Assembly (NCBI GenBank): GCA_964446475.1
Contig: CAYUOT010000001.1
Location: forward strand, 1-48,448
DNA: 48,448 nt
Direction of reading: 5' to 3'
DNA from: an uncultured Candidatus Saccharibacteria bacterium
GTDB taxonomy: Bacteria; Patescibacteriota; Minisyncoccia; Phycocordibacterales; UBA9973
A program made the translations under genes and the position numbers. Below are positions 17,137 to 25,358 of this stretch, piece by piece (position 1 is the stretch's first letter; each line of letters starts with the position of its first letter). The notes beneath the pieces are model-generated. The model was not told the DNA's origin. It did no database searches and worked only from the letters and a program-made list of their open reading frames with translations.

Positions 17137-18177
17137 ATGCAAATAACACAAACAGAAAGACATTTTTTATTCACATTATTAGCTATAGTTTCTGTAGTCG
17201 CACTTTTAATTCTTTACCCATTTTTAACAGTATTTATATTATCAGCAGCTTTTGCTGTTGTTTTATATCCTATATATTTTTGGATTAGAAAACATATATA
17301 TAAAGAGAAATCCTGGATTGCATCATTTCTAACAATTATTATTTTTCTTATAGGATTATGCATCCCCTTATTTTTAATAGGAACTGCTGTTTTCAATCAA
17401 ACTCAAGATGCATATTATTCTATAGTAGCAAATGGAGGGGCTGATAGATTTATAGAAAAAGTTGATAGTTCAGTAAATAGAATTTTGCCTGATGGTTTTT
17501 CTTTTGACACAAGACTAAAAATAACTAATCTCATGGAGTCTTTCGCTGGGAACCTAGCTTCATTTTTTACCTCAACATTCAACACTGTAATAATGTTTAC
17601 AATAATGATTTTGACATTATATTATATGCTAAAAGATGGAGAAAAATGGAGAAAAGGAATAATATCTCTTTTACCTCTTTCTGATACAAATGCTGAAGAA
17701 ATAATAAATAATCTAAAGAGTTCAATAAATAGAGTATTAAAAGGATCTTTTATAATAGCGATAGCTCAAGGTATTCTAGCATGGGTTGGATATACAATAT
17801 TTGGAGTACCACATGCGGCAATATGGGCAGTGGTTGCAGGGATTGCATCTTTTGTTCCAACATTAGGTACATCACTAGTTTCTATCCCCGCGGTTATATA
17901 TCTTTTTATCTCTGGAATGCAACTTCAAGCAGTAGGACTCTTGGCATGGGCAGCTCTACTCATAAGCACAATAGATAACTTATTGAACCCTTATATAATA
18001 TCTAAAGATACAGAAATACCATCATTATTTATATTATTTTCAATATTAGGAGGAATATCACTTATAGGGCCTATAGGAATATTAATAGGTCCATTAGTAT
18101 TAAGCTTACTTTACAGCTTGGTCTCTATATACAAGAAAGAATTAAAAACCAAAATTAATGGAGAAGTATTAAACTAG
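17137..18177 (+). CDS. AI-2E family transporter (PerM-like)
   Basis: 346 aa, 7-8 TM. Has the YYMLKDGEKW and AIAQGILAWVGYTIFGVP pattern. Confidence 0.85.
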   Translation: MQITQTERHFLFTLLAIVSVVALLILYPFLTVFILSAAFAVVLYPIYFWIRKHIYKEKSWIASFLTIIIFLIGLCIPLFLIGTAVFNQTQDAYYSIVANGGADRFIEKVDSSVNRILPDGFSFDTRLKITNLMESFAGNLASFFTSTFNTVIMFTIMILTLYYMLKDGEKWRKGIISLLPLSDTNAEEIINNLKSSINRVLKGSFIIAIAQGILAWVGYTIFGVPHAAIWAVVAGIASFVPTLGTSLVSIPAVIYLFISGMQLQAVGLLAWAALLISTIDNLLNPYIISKDTEIPSLFILFSILGGISLIGPIGILIGPLVLSLLYSLVSIYKKELKTKINGEVLN

Positions 18178-18188
18178 GAAGATTTAAA

Positions 18189-19436
18189 TTAAGAATTATT
18201 GCCTGCAATATATCCTGTAGTCCAACAAATCTGGAGACCAAAACCTCCAGATTTTCTATTTATATTCAACAAATCCCCTGTTACAAAAAGATTATCATAC
18301 AGTTTAGATCTCATAGTCTTTGTATCTATTTCTGTTAAAGGCAATCCACCATCTACAACAACAGCTCTGTCATAGCCCATCAAATTTGTTACATGAATTG
18401 GTAAATTTTTAAAAAGTAAAATTATTTTCCTTCTTTCCTCTTTTGTAATGCTATGAACTTTCTTTTCTAAAACAAAATCAAAAAGTAATTCTAAAGATTT
18501 AGTCATTCCTTCGGGAGAAATTTCTTTTATAACATTTTTAAAAAATTTATTTTTATTCTCATCAAATATTTTAATAACTCTTTTTTCAAGAGAACCTATG
18601 TCTGTATCAGGATATGCATCAATAAAAGCTTCTACCTTTCCAGCTTGTAAAAGAGAGCCTACATAGCTTGCACTATTTAAAATAAGTGGACCAGATAAAC
18701 CAAAATGAGTAAAGAGTATCTTGCCTGTTTTTGAAAACTGTTTTTTGCCATCTAAAAAGAAAGTTATTTTCATAAAAGAAAGAGAAACTCCAGAAGATAC
18801 ATGAACCCATTTATCAGAGACTTCGATTGGAACAACTGAAGGTGTTGGGTTATCAATCTTGTGACCTAAATCTTTCAAAAATTTAAACCCATCACCTGTT
18901 GACCCAGTTTCTGGATGAGAAGTTCCACCAGTAGAGAGAATGAATGATTTAGCAAAAAAATCCCCTTGTTTTGTTTTTACTCCAACTAAATTACCATCAT
19001 TATTTTTTATAAATTTTAAAACCTGACAACCTGTTTTTATTTCTACTTTATTCTTTTCTAGTTCCTTATTTAAAACATTAAAAACATCTAACGCCTTTTG
19101 TGTTTCAGGAAAAGCTCTTTTTCTGGCTTCAACAACAAGAGGTAATCCGAGTTTCTCAAAAAAAGAAAAAGTATCTTTTACTCCAAAAATGGAAAAAGGT
19201 GTATAAAGAAAATCCTTAGACTTTCCATAATTTGAAAGGAGATTGTGAATATCAAACTCAGCATTGGTGATGTTGCATCTACCCCCACCTGTTATTTTTA
19301 ATTTTTCGCCAAGTTTATTATTTTTCTCCAAAAGCAATACTGATTTACCTAAACAAGAAGAAACAACTCCCGCCATCATACCAGAAGCCCCTCCTCCTAT
19401 TATTATTACATCCCAAATTTTATTTTTATTAAGCAT
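18189..19436 (-). CDS. HI0933/YhiN-family FAD-dependent oxidoreductase
   Basis: VIIIGGGASGMMAG dinucleotide fold, GGGRCNITN and GFGLQICWTTGYIAG motifs. Confidence 0.85.
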   Translation of the reverse strand: MLNKNKIWDVIIIGGGASGMMAGVVSSCLGKSVLLLEKNNKLGEKLKITGGGRCNITNAEFDIHNLLSNYGKSKDFLYTPFSIFGVKDTFSFFEKLGLPLVVEARKRAFPETQKALDVFNVLNKELEKNKVEIKTGCQVLKFIKNNDGNLVGVKTKQGDFFAKSFILSTGGTSHPETGSTGDGFKFLKDLGHKIDNPTPSVVPIEVSDKWVHVSSGVSLSFMKITFFLDGKKQFSKTGKILFTHFGLSGPLILNSASYVGSLLQAGKVEAFIDAYPDTDIGSLEKRVIKIFDENKNKFFKNVIKEISPEGMTKSLELLFDFVLEKKVHSITKEERRKIILLFKNLPIHVTNLMGYDRAVVVDGGLPLTEIDTKTMRSKLYDNLFVTGDLLNINRKSGGFGLQICWTTGYIAGNNS

Positions 19437-20478
19437 TAAATATTTTTATTAATGCCATTTCAAGAGGCAAAGAACTTATAACAGAAAATTTCTGAGACTG
19501 ATAGGCATCCAAAAGAATAGATAATGTATTTGATGTAATAAATTCTGGTTTATCTTTTATTAAATCTTCTAAATACAACAAATCACTTTCTTTGATTTGC
19601 TCTTTTACATAGTTTTTTGTATTAGGCGCATAGCGAAGCATAAGTGCAAAACGAAGTTTTGAAAGAATCATCTTTAAATAAATATCCATTTCTATATTTT
19701 GATTGATGGCCTGATTTATAGCAAAAAAACCACGATTTATGTCTTTTTCTTTCAAAGAATTCAAAAACTCATTTACAATTATTTCATTTGGGGCTCCTGT
19801 TATGGCTTCTATTTCTGCTTGAGTAATTTTATTATCTTTTGAAAAAGAAATAACCTTTTGTAGTGTTGAAAGTGCATCACGAAAAGCACCATCTGCTAGT
19901 AAAGCTATAAGCTCTGACCCACCAACTTCTAGTATATATCCTTCTTTCTTGGCAACATTTGTTACAACCTGAGAAAGAATCGCTTCTGTTGGTTTTTTAA
20001 AAACAAAAGTCTGACAACGAGAAACAATAGTTTCAGGAACTTTTGGTAAATCAGTTGTAGCTAAAATAAAAATAACATGTTTAGGTGGTTCTTCAATAGT
20101 TTTAAGAAGAGCATTCCAAGCATCCTTGGTAAACATATGTACTTCATCTAAAATATAAACCTTATACTTGGAATCAAAAGGCATTGTACCAACATTTTCC
20201 TTAATATTTCTAACATCATCAATACCACGATTAGAGGCTGCATCAAGCTCATAAATATCATTGACCGATGTACCAAGTTCTCTTGCGATAATTCTAGCTA
20301 TGGTTGTCTTACCTGTACCACGAGGACCACACAAAAGGTATGCATGCGCAATTTTACCAGATTCAAGCGCTCCACTTATAGCTTTTACGATATGATCCTG
20401 CCCTACAACATCACCCCAACCTTCTGGTCGATATTTTCTATATAAAGCAATATTTTGTTCCTTTTTAGAATCTTTCAT
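19429..20478 (-). CDS. dnaX: DNA polymerase III subunit gamma/tau (short form, domains I-III only)
   Basis: YRKYRP, GPRGTGKTT, ILDEVHM, EEPP and SRC motifs. 349 aa. Confidence 0.9.
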   Translation of the reverse strand: MKDSKKEQNIALYRKYRPEGWGDVVGQDHIVKAISGALESGKIAHAYLLCGPRGTGKTTIARIIARELGTSVNDIYELDAASNRGIDDVRNIKENVGTMPFDSKYKVYILDEVHMFTKDAWNALLKTIEEPPKHVIFILATTDLPKVPETIVSRCQTFVFKKPTEAILSQVVTNVAKKEGYILEVGGSELIALLADGAFRDALSTLQKVISFSKDNKITQAEIEAITGAPNEIIVNEFLNSLKEKDINRGFFAINQAINQNIEMDIYLKMILSKLRFALMLRYAPNTKNYVKEQIKESDLLYLEDLIKDKPEFITSNTLSILLDAYQSQKFSVISSLPLEMALIKIFNA

Positions 20479-20493
20479 TCCATGATTATACCA
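20479..20493 (-). promoter_or_regulatory. extended -10 element 6 nt upstream of the ATG (leaderless-type)
   Basis: Minus strand: TGgTATAAT (20493-20485), 6 nt, ATG (20478). Confidence 0.55.
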
Positions 20494-20514
20494 AATTAAG
20501 AAAAATGATTCCCC

Positions 20515-20543
20515 TTGACTTAATTTAATAAATATTATAAAAT
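20515..20543 (+). promoter_or_regulatory. sigma70 promoter of the 63-aa ORF
   Basis: TTGACT (20515-20520), 17 nt, TAAAAT (20538-20543). Confidence 0.6.
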
Positions 20544-20579
20544 TTTTAAAAATGTAAACTTAATATAGGAGGAATTATA

Positions 20580-20771
20580 ATGAAAATTATCAATCTTTTA
20601 ACAAAAAATATCGTAGGGAAAATAGATATAGCTCTTTCTTCACTACTTTTAGCTTTTGCTATTGAAAAAGAAATACCGATATTATTCGGCTTATCTCTTT
20701 TATTTTTTTGCTTCTTTATTGAAGAAACAATCTGTTATTATTTCAAAGACAAAACCAAAAAAGAGGATTAA
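20580..20771 (+). CDS. small (63 aa) two-TM membrane protein
   Basis: Consensus promoter plus GGAGG (20568-20572) 7 nt upstream of the ATG. This is the only strong Shine-Dalgarno motif I found in the window. Confidence 0.6.
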   Translation: MKIINLLTKNIVGKIDIALSSLLLAFAIEKEIPILFGLSLLFFCFFIEETICYYFKDKTKKED

Positions 20772-20779
20772 TCCTCTTT

Positions 20780-21871
20780 TTATTTTGTCTTTTTTAGAAA
20801 TTCTTTGATTATTTTTTCTACTTCTTTGGAATCTTTGGAATCCATAAGTTTAGTGCGTAACTCCTTCGCACCATCCCAACCATTTACATAAGCTTTGTAA
20901 TGTTTTTTCATTATCGAAAAGTTTTTTACTTTACCCAAAAGTTTTTCATAAAGTTTTGTGTGCTCTATGAGAACTTTTAATTTTTCTTCTATTTGTTTTT
21001 TAGAAATATGACTAATTAAAATTTTCAAGTGGTCTGGCTCTGACTCCCGTCCTCTTCGTCCGAGGACCCGAGAAAATTTTGAATTAGTCATATTTCTTTT
21101 TTTATTAAAAATCCAAGGATTTCCAAATGTCCCCCTACCAATCATTACCCCGTCACAGCCAGTTTCTTTTGCGAGAACTTTCCCATGTTTTAAATCTCTC
21201 ACATCCCCATTACCTATTATTTTAGTTTTAACCCCCATTCTATTCCGTATATCAACGGCTTCTCTTACATGTTCCCAACGTGCAGGCACTAGAGACATTT
21301 CTTTTCTAGTTCTTGCGTGTAAAGTTAGAGCATCAATATCTTGCAAAAGCAAAAACGGAATCCATTCTTCTATCTGATTCTTATTATATCCTATACGGGT
21401 TTTCACTGAAACAGAAATATATTTTCTTATTTTACTATTTTTACTTTTTTCTTTCCTTGCGTCTTCTATTCCATCTTTCACTGCTTGTATTATTTCTCCT
21501 GCACGCTTTATGTCTTTCATCATCGCTGCCCCTGCTCCCTGCTTCTCTACCTTCTTGTCAGGACAACCCATATTGATATCTATTCCATCAAAACCAAGCA
21601 AGGAAACATATTTAGCAGCTTCACGCATTTTTTCAGGATTTGAAGAAAAAAGTTGAACTATTATCGGTCTTTCTTTTTCACTATAAAATAAATCATATTT
21701 AAGACCCTCTCTACCCTCTTTTGAAGCCAAACCATCAGCAGAAACAAACTCTGTCCAAGTCACATCGGGCTTGCCATACTTTACAAGCATGCGACGAAAA
21801 GCCGAGTCAGTAACATCTGCCATCGGAGCCAAAACAAAAAATGGTTTTTTTAATTTATTCCAAAAATTCAT
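20780..21871 (-). CDS. tRNA-dihydrouridine synthase
   Basis: LAPMADVTDSAFRR, DINMGCP, TLHARTR and the Dus TIM-barrel order, plus a C-terminal helical domain. Confidence 0.9.
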   Translation of the reverse strand: MNFWNKLKKPFFVLAPMADVTDSAFRRMLVKYGKPDVTWTEFVSADGLASKEGREGLKYDLFYSEKERPIIVQLFSSNPEKMREAAKYVSLLGFDGIDINMGCPDKKVEKQGAGAAMMKDIKRAGEIIQAVKDGIEDARKEKSKNSKIRKYISVSVKTRIGYNKNQIEEWIPFLLLQDIDALTLHARTRKEMSLVPARWEHVREAVDIRNRMGVKTKIIGNGDVRDLKHGKVLAKETGCDGVMIGRGTFGNPWIFNKKRNMTNSKFSRVLGRRGRESEPDHLKILISHISKKQIEEKLKVLIEHTKLYEKLLGKVKNFSIMKKHYKAYVNGWDGAKELRTKLMDSKDSKEVEKIIKEFLKKTK

Positions 21872-21902
21872 CTGTATCCTAAAAGTTTATGGAATAGTCT
21901 TA

Positions 21903-21974
21903 TCAGAGGAGCTTGGGAGGCTGACGAGCCGAGCACGAGGAATTTTCTAACAAGAAAATATCCGTGTCCTCTGA
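21903..21974 (+). repeat. structured intergenic element, short copy C
   Basis: Closing helix TCAGAGGA/TCCTCTGA. The 18-nt core GGAGGCTGACGAGCCGAG (21916-21933) is identical to 27608-27625. Hairpin ATTTTC-TAACAA-GAAAAT lies at 21942-21959. Confidence 0.7.
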
Positions 21975-22004
21975 GAAGAGCTATTTCAGAAACTTTTCTA
22001 TTCT

Positions 22005-22862
22005 TTATTCAAATTTATATATAACCTTATTATCAAACCTTAGGTCTATATATGAGAGTGTATCATACTTGGAATTGATTTCATTTGCAAATTCTTCTTC
22101 TTTCATAGCTAGGGAAATATCTTCCAGCACTGCATCTAAAGAATCTTCATTTTTCCATATAATTCTTGGATTTATTTTATTTTGTTTTTTCTCTAAGAAA
22201 AGAGAATTTTCCTCTCCGTTCATAACAACATAAACAGGATTTAACCCTAATTTTTTTATATCATCTATAAAACGAATAAATTTATAAAAATAATCTTCGC
22301 TAAAAAGATTTGCACCTGTTGGATCAATTTTATCTATCTGGGAATAAAATTTAAAATAAATATCACCAGAAAAATATGGAGCCTTGTCAAAAATATATCC
22401 ATTGTTATTGACAAAATAACAATTATCACCCAAAAGGGTTTTATTTTCTGGCAAAGAATTTCCACAATATAAATAAGTGCCAGATCTCTCTTTTATTTCT
22501 ATTTTTAAGTTATTAAAACTATTTCTGCTTATTTTTAATTCTTCTATTCTTGGAAATAATTCTAATAAGTTATTATAAATATGATTATGTGGATATATTA
22601 AAAAATTAGACTTATGAAAAATTATAAGATATTTTCCTGAAATTTCTTCATTAACGAAAGAAATAATATCTTTATCATTGATAATATTAACTCCTAAAAC
22701 TTCTATATTATTTATCTTTAATTTATCAATTTTTGTAAAATAAGAAAAACCAACAATAATGATAATCAAAAATATAAAAAAAACCAACAAAAACCCGAAA
22801 AATCTCTTTCGATTTTTACGTCTAATTTCAAGAATTCTTGGAGATGTTGGTATATCTCGCAT
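22005..22862 (-). CDS. FtsQ/DivIB-like cell-division protein (TM plus POTRA)
   Basis: Basic N terminus, one TM, then INNIEVLGVNII..........IEIKERSGTYLY, typical of FtsQ-type POTRA domains. Confidence 0.68.
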   Translation of the reverse strand: MRDIPTSPRILEIRRKNRKRFFGFLLVFFIFLIIIIVGFSYFTKIDKLKINNIEVLGVNIINDKDIISFVNEEISGKYLIIFHKSNFLIYPHNHIYNNLLELFPRIEELKISRNSFNNLKIEIKERSGTYLYCGNSLPENKTLLGDNCYFVNNNGYIFDKAPYFSGDIYFKFYSQIDKIDPTGANLFSEDYFYKFIRFIDDIKKLGLNPVYVVMNGEENSLFLEKKQNKINPRIIWKNEDSLDAVLEDISLAMKEEEFANEINSKYDTLSYIDLRFDNKVIYKFE

Positions 22863-22871
22863 AATAAAAAA

Positions 22872-24134
22872 TTAAGAAATTTTATCCTTACCTAAATATT
22901 TTTGTAAAACTTCTGGAATTTTTATAGAACCATCTGCTTGCTGAAAATTTTCCACCAAAGAAACAAGTATTCTTGGGGTTGGGATAGCTGTACAATTTAA
23001 AGAGTGAGCATAACGAAGCTTACCATCCTCGTCTCTATATCTGATATTAAATCTTCTTGTTTGGAAATCATGGAAATATGATGCTGAAGATATCTCACGA
23101 TATTTACCTTCTTTAGGGACCCAAAGCTCTATATCATATTTCTTCACTTGACCTTGCCCTAAGTCACCACCACAATTTATAACTGTATGATAAGGAATCC
23201 CTAAAGACTCAATAAACTCTTCTGTATTTCTATTTATTTCTTCATGAAAATTTACAGAATTTTGATGACTAGCTTCACAAAGAACAACTTGTTCAAACTT
23301 ATAAAATTCATGAACCCTGATAAGACCTTTTACATCTTTGGAGTGACTTCCTGCTTCTCTTCTAAAACACGGAGAAAAACCAAGATACTTTATTGGAAAG
23401 TCTTTCATGTCCAGAATTTCATCTGCATGAAAACCCATTAGTGGAACTTCTGCAGTCCCAGCTAGTGCATCCCCATCTTGTGTCATATAATAATCTTCTG
23501 TATCCCCTGGCAAATGTCCTGTACCATAAAGATTCGCTTTGCGAACAATAACAGGAGGAATAACAGGAGAAAAACCTTTGTTTCCAAAAAATTCCATCGC
23601 ATAATTCCAAATAGCAAAACAAAGTCTTGCCCCATCCCCAATCAAAAAATACCCACGGAAGCCGTGAACCTTTGCCCCTCTTTCAAAATCTACTATTTTA
23701 AGTCCAGTCATTAATTCAACATGATCTTTGGGTTCAAAATCAAAAACAGTTTTTTCTCCCCAAGTTTTAACTTCTTGGTTATCTTCATCAGTATCTCCAT
23801 CTGGAACAGACATATCTGGAATATTCGGGACTTGAAGCATAAGAGATTGCCAAATAACCATAGTTTCTTTTAAATCAGATTCTTTTTTAACAAGTTCTTC
23901 TTTGACTAATTTCATTTCTCCTATCATTTGAGATCTAACATTAAAATCTTTTTCAACGGCAATAGAATTATTCATCTTGTTTTGTTCACCTCTTAATTTT
24001 TCCACTTCAGAGAGTAATGAAATTCTTTTTTCATCTATCTTAATAAGCTCATCCACTTCAAAAGAACTGTGCTTCTTTTGGACTGCCATTTTAACCAAAT
24101 CTTTATTCTCTTTTATGAATTTAATGTCTAACAT
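22872..24134 (-). CDS. serS: seryl-tRNA synthetase
   Basis: Starts MLDIKFIKEN. Coiled-coil arm plus class II motifs (FRREAGS, GLIRVHEF, GDLGQGQ). The track ORF extends 12 codons upstream to 24170, probably spuriously. Confidence 0.95.
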   Translation of the reverse strand: MLDIKFIKENKDLVKMAVQKKHSSFEVDELIKIDEKRISLLSEVEKLRGEQNKMNNSIAVEKDFNVRSQMIGEMKLVKEELVKKESDLKETMVIWQSLMLQVPNIPDMSVPDGDTDEDNQEVKTWGEKTVFDFEPKDHVELMTGLKIVDFERGAKVHGFRGYFLIGDGARLCFAIWNYAMEFFGNKGFSPVIPPVIVRKANLYGTGHLPGDTEDYYMTQDGDALAGTAEVPLMGFHADEILDMKDFPIKYLGFSPCFRREAGSHSKDVKGLIRVHEFYKFEQVVLCEASHQNSVNFHEEINRNTEEFIESLGIPYHTVINCGGDLGQGQVKKYDIELWVPKEGKYREISSASYFHDFQTRRFNIRYRDEDGKLRYAHSLNCTAIPTPRILVSLVENFQQADGSIKIPEVLQKYLGKDKIS

Positions 24135-24155
24135 ATATATTAGTATAATAAAAAA

Positions 24156-24170
24156 TGATAGAATACACAA
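24156..24170 (+). promoter_or_regulatory. extended -10 element 6 nt upstream of the ATG (leaderless-type)
   Basis: TGaTAGAAT (24156-24164), 6 nt, ATG 24171. Confidence 0.55.
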
Positions 24171-25028
24171 ATGGAAGATATTTACAAACTAAAAGAAATA
24201 CCAGAACTTCTAAGAGAGATTCCACAACCTCCAAAAGTTTTGTATATTAGAGGTAAAACTCCTTCACCTGATATGATATATCTTGCCGTTGTTGGATCTA
24301 GAAAATATACTTCGTATGGGAGAGATATTTGTGAACAACTTATAAAAGGCTTAAAAGATTATCCAATTGTTATTGTCTCAGGGCTTGCACTAGGTATAGA
24401 CAGTATTGCTCATAAAACAGCAATAGAAAATGGACTCACAACAATAGCCTTTCCTGGTTCTGGATTAGATAATAATGTTTTGTATCCTAGATCTAACACT
24501 AAACTAGCAGAAGATATAATAAAAAACGGAGGATGTTTAATATCAGAAATGGAGCCCAATTTTAAGGCAACACTATATTCTTTTCCTCAAAGAAATAGAT
24601 TAATGGCAGGAATTTCCAAAGCAGTACTTATTATCGAAGCTGAAGAAAAGTCAGGGACACTCATCACCGCTCGTATGGCACTCGACTACAATCGTGATGT
24701 TCTCGCTGTCCCAGGATCTGCTTTTTCTTCAAACTCAAACGGCACTAACTGGCTCATCAAACAAGGAGCAACACCTATAACAACAAGCGAGGATATACTG
24801 CTTGCATTAGGGTTTAATATAGAAAAACCAAAATTAGACGACAAGGAAAAATATGCTGACTGCGGGAAAGATGAGATGAAAATAATAGAGCTTCTCCGCG
24901 AACCAATGCCTCGCGACGAACTCATCCGAGAACTCGGAATGGGCGTTGGCTCCGCCAACGCCCTCCTCTCCATAATGGAAATTAAGGAGTTGATTAAAGA
25001 GGAAATGGGAGAGATTAAAAAAATTTAA
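24171..25028 (+). CDS. dprA: DNA-processing protein DprA (Smf)
   Basis: VVGSRKYTSYG, SGLALGIDSIAH, FPQRNRLMAG and TARMALDYNRDVLAVPG. Confidence 0.9.
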   Translation: MEDIYKLKEIPELLREIPQPPKVLYIRGKTPSPDMIYLAVVGSRKYTSYGRDICEQLIKGLKDYPIVIVSGLALGIDSIAHKTAIENGLTTIAFPGSGLDNNVLYPRSNTKLAEDIIKNGGCLISEMEPNFKATLYSFPQRNRLMAGISKAVLIIEAEEKSGTLITARMALDYNRDVLAVPGSAFSSNSNGTNWLIKQGATPITTSEDILLALGFNIEKPKLDDKEKYADCGKDEMKIIELLREPMPRDELIRELGMGVGSANALLSIMEIKELIKEEMGEIKKI

Positions 25029-25267
25029 ACTTTTCTTAAACTTTTTATGATTGAAAAGATTGCTATTATTGCCCAGATTATTTGTAGAGTGAATGCAGGC
25101 CATGCTTGTTGGTAGAAGACATTAAAACCTATCCCGATAGCTCCAAATAAATTCATCAATTGATACTTTTTACTCTCAGCACTAATTTTATTATTAGAAA
25201 CTAAAAAATACGCTAATACTACTAAAAGTGTTCCAACCCAACCAACTATTTGTGAAAATATTTCCAT
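25025..25267 (-). CDS. small (80 aa) three-TM membrane protein
   Basis: Hydrophobicity pattern. The convergent gene overlaps dprA by 4 nt. Family not assigned. Confidence 0.6.
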   Translation of the reverse strand: MEIFSQIVGWVGTLLVVLAYFLVSNNKISAESKKYQLMNLFGAIGIGFNVFYQQAWPAFTLQIIWAIIAIFSIIKSLRKV

Positions 25268-25358
25268 ATTTTAATTATCTCATTTTATATAATAATTAAC
25301 AATAACTTTTTTAAAATTTGCATAAAAATATGATTTCATGTAATACTTGGGGTTAGAT

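Noticed and set aside
20490-20499. 10-mer ACCAAATTAA shared with element copy A (1031-1040), as a possible fifth element copy upstream of dnaX
   Set aside because: A single AT-rich 10-mer match is expected by chance at roughly 0.2 per window, and no other family motif is present there.
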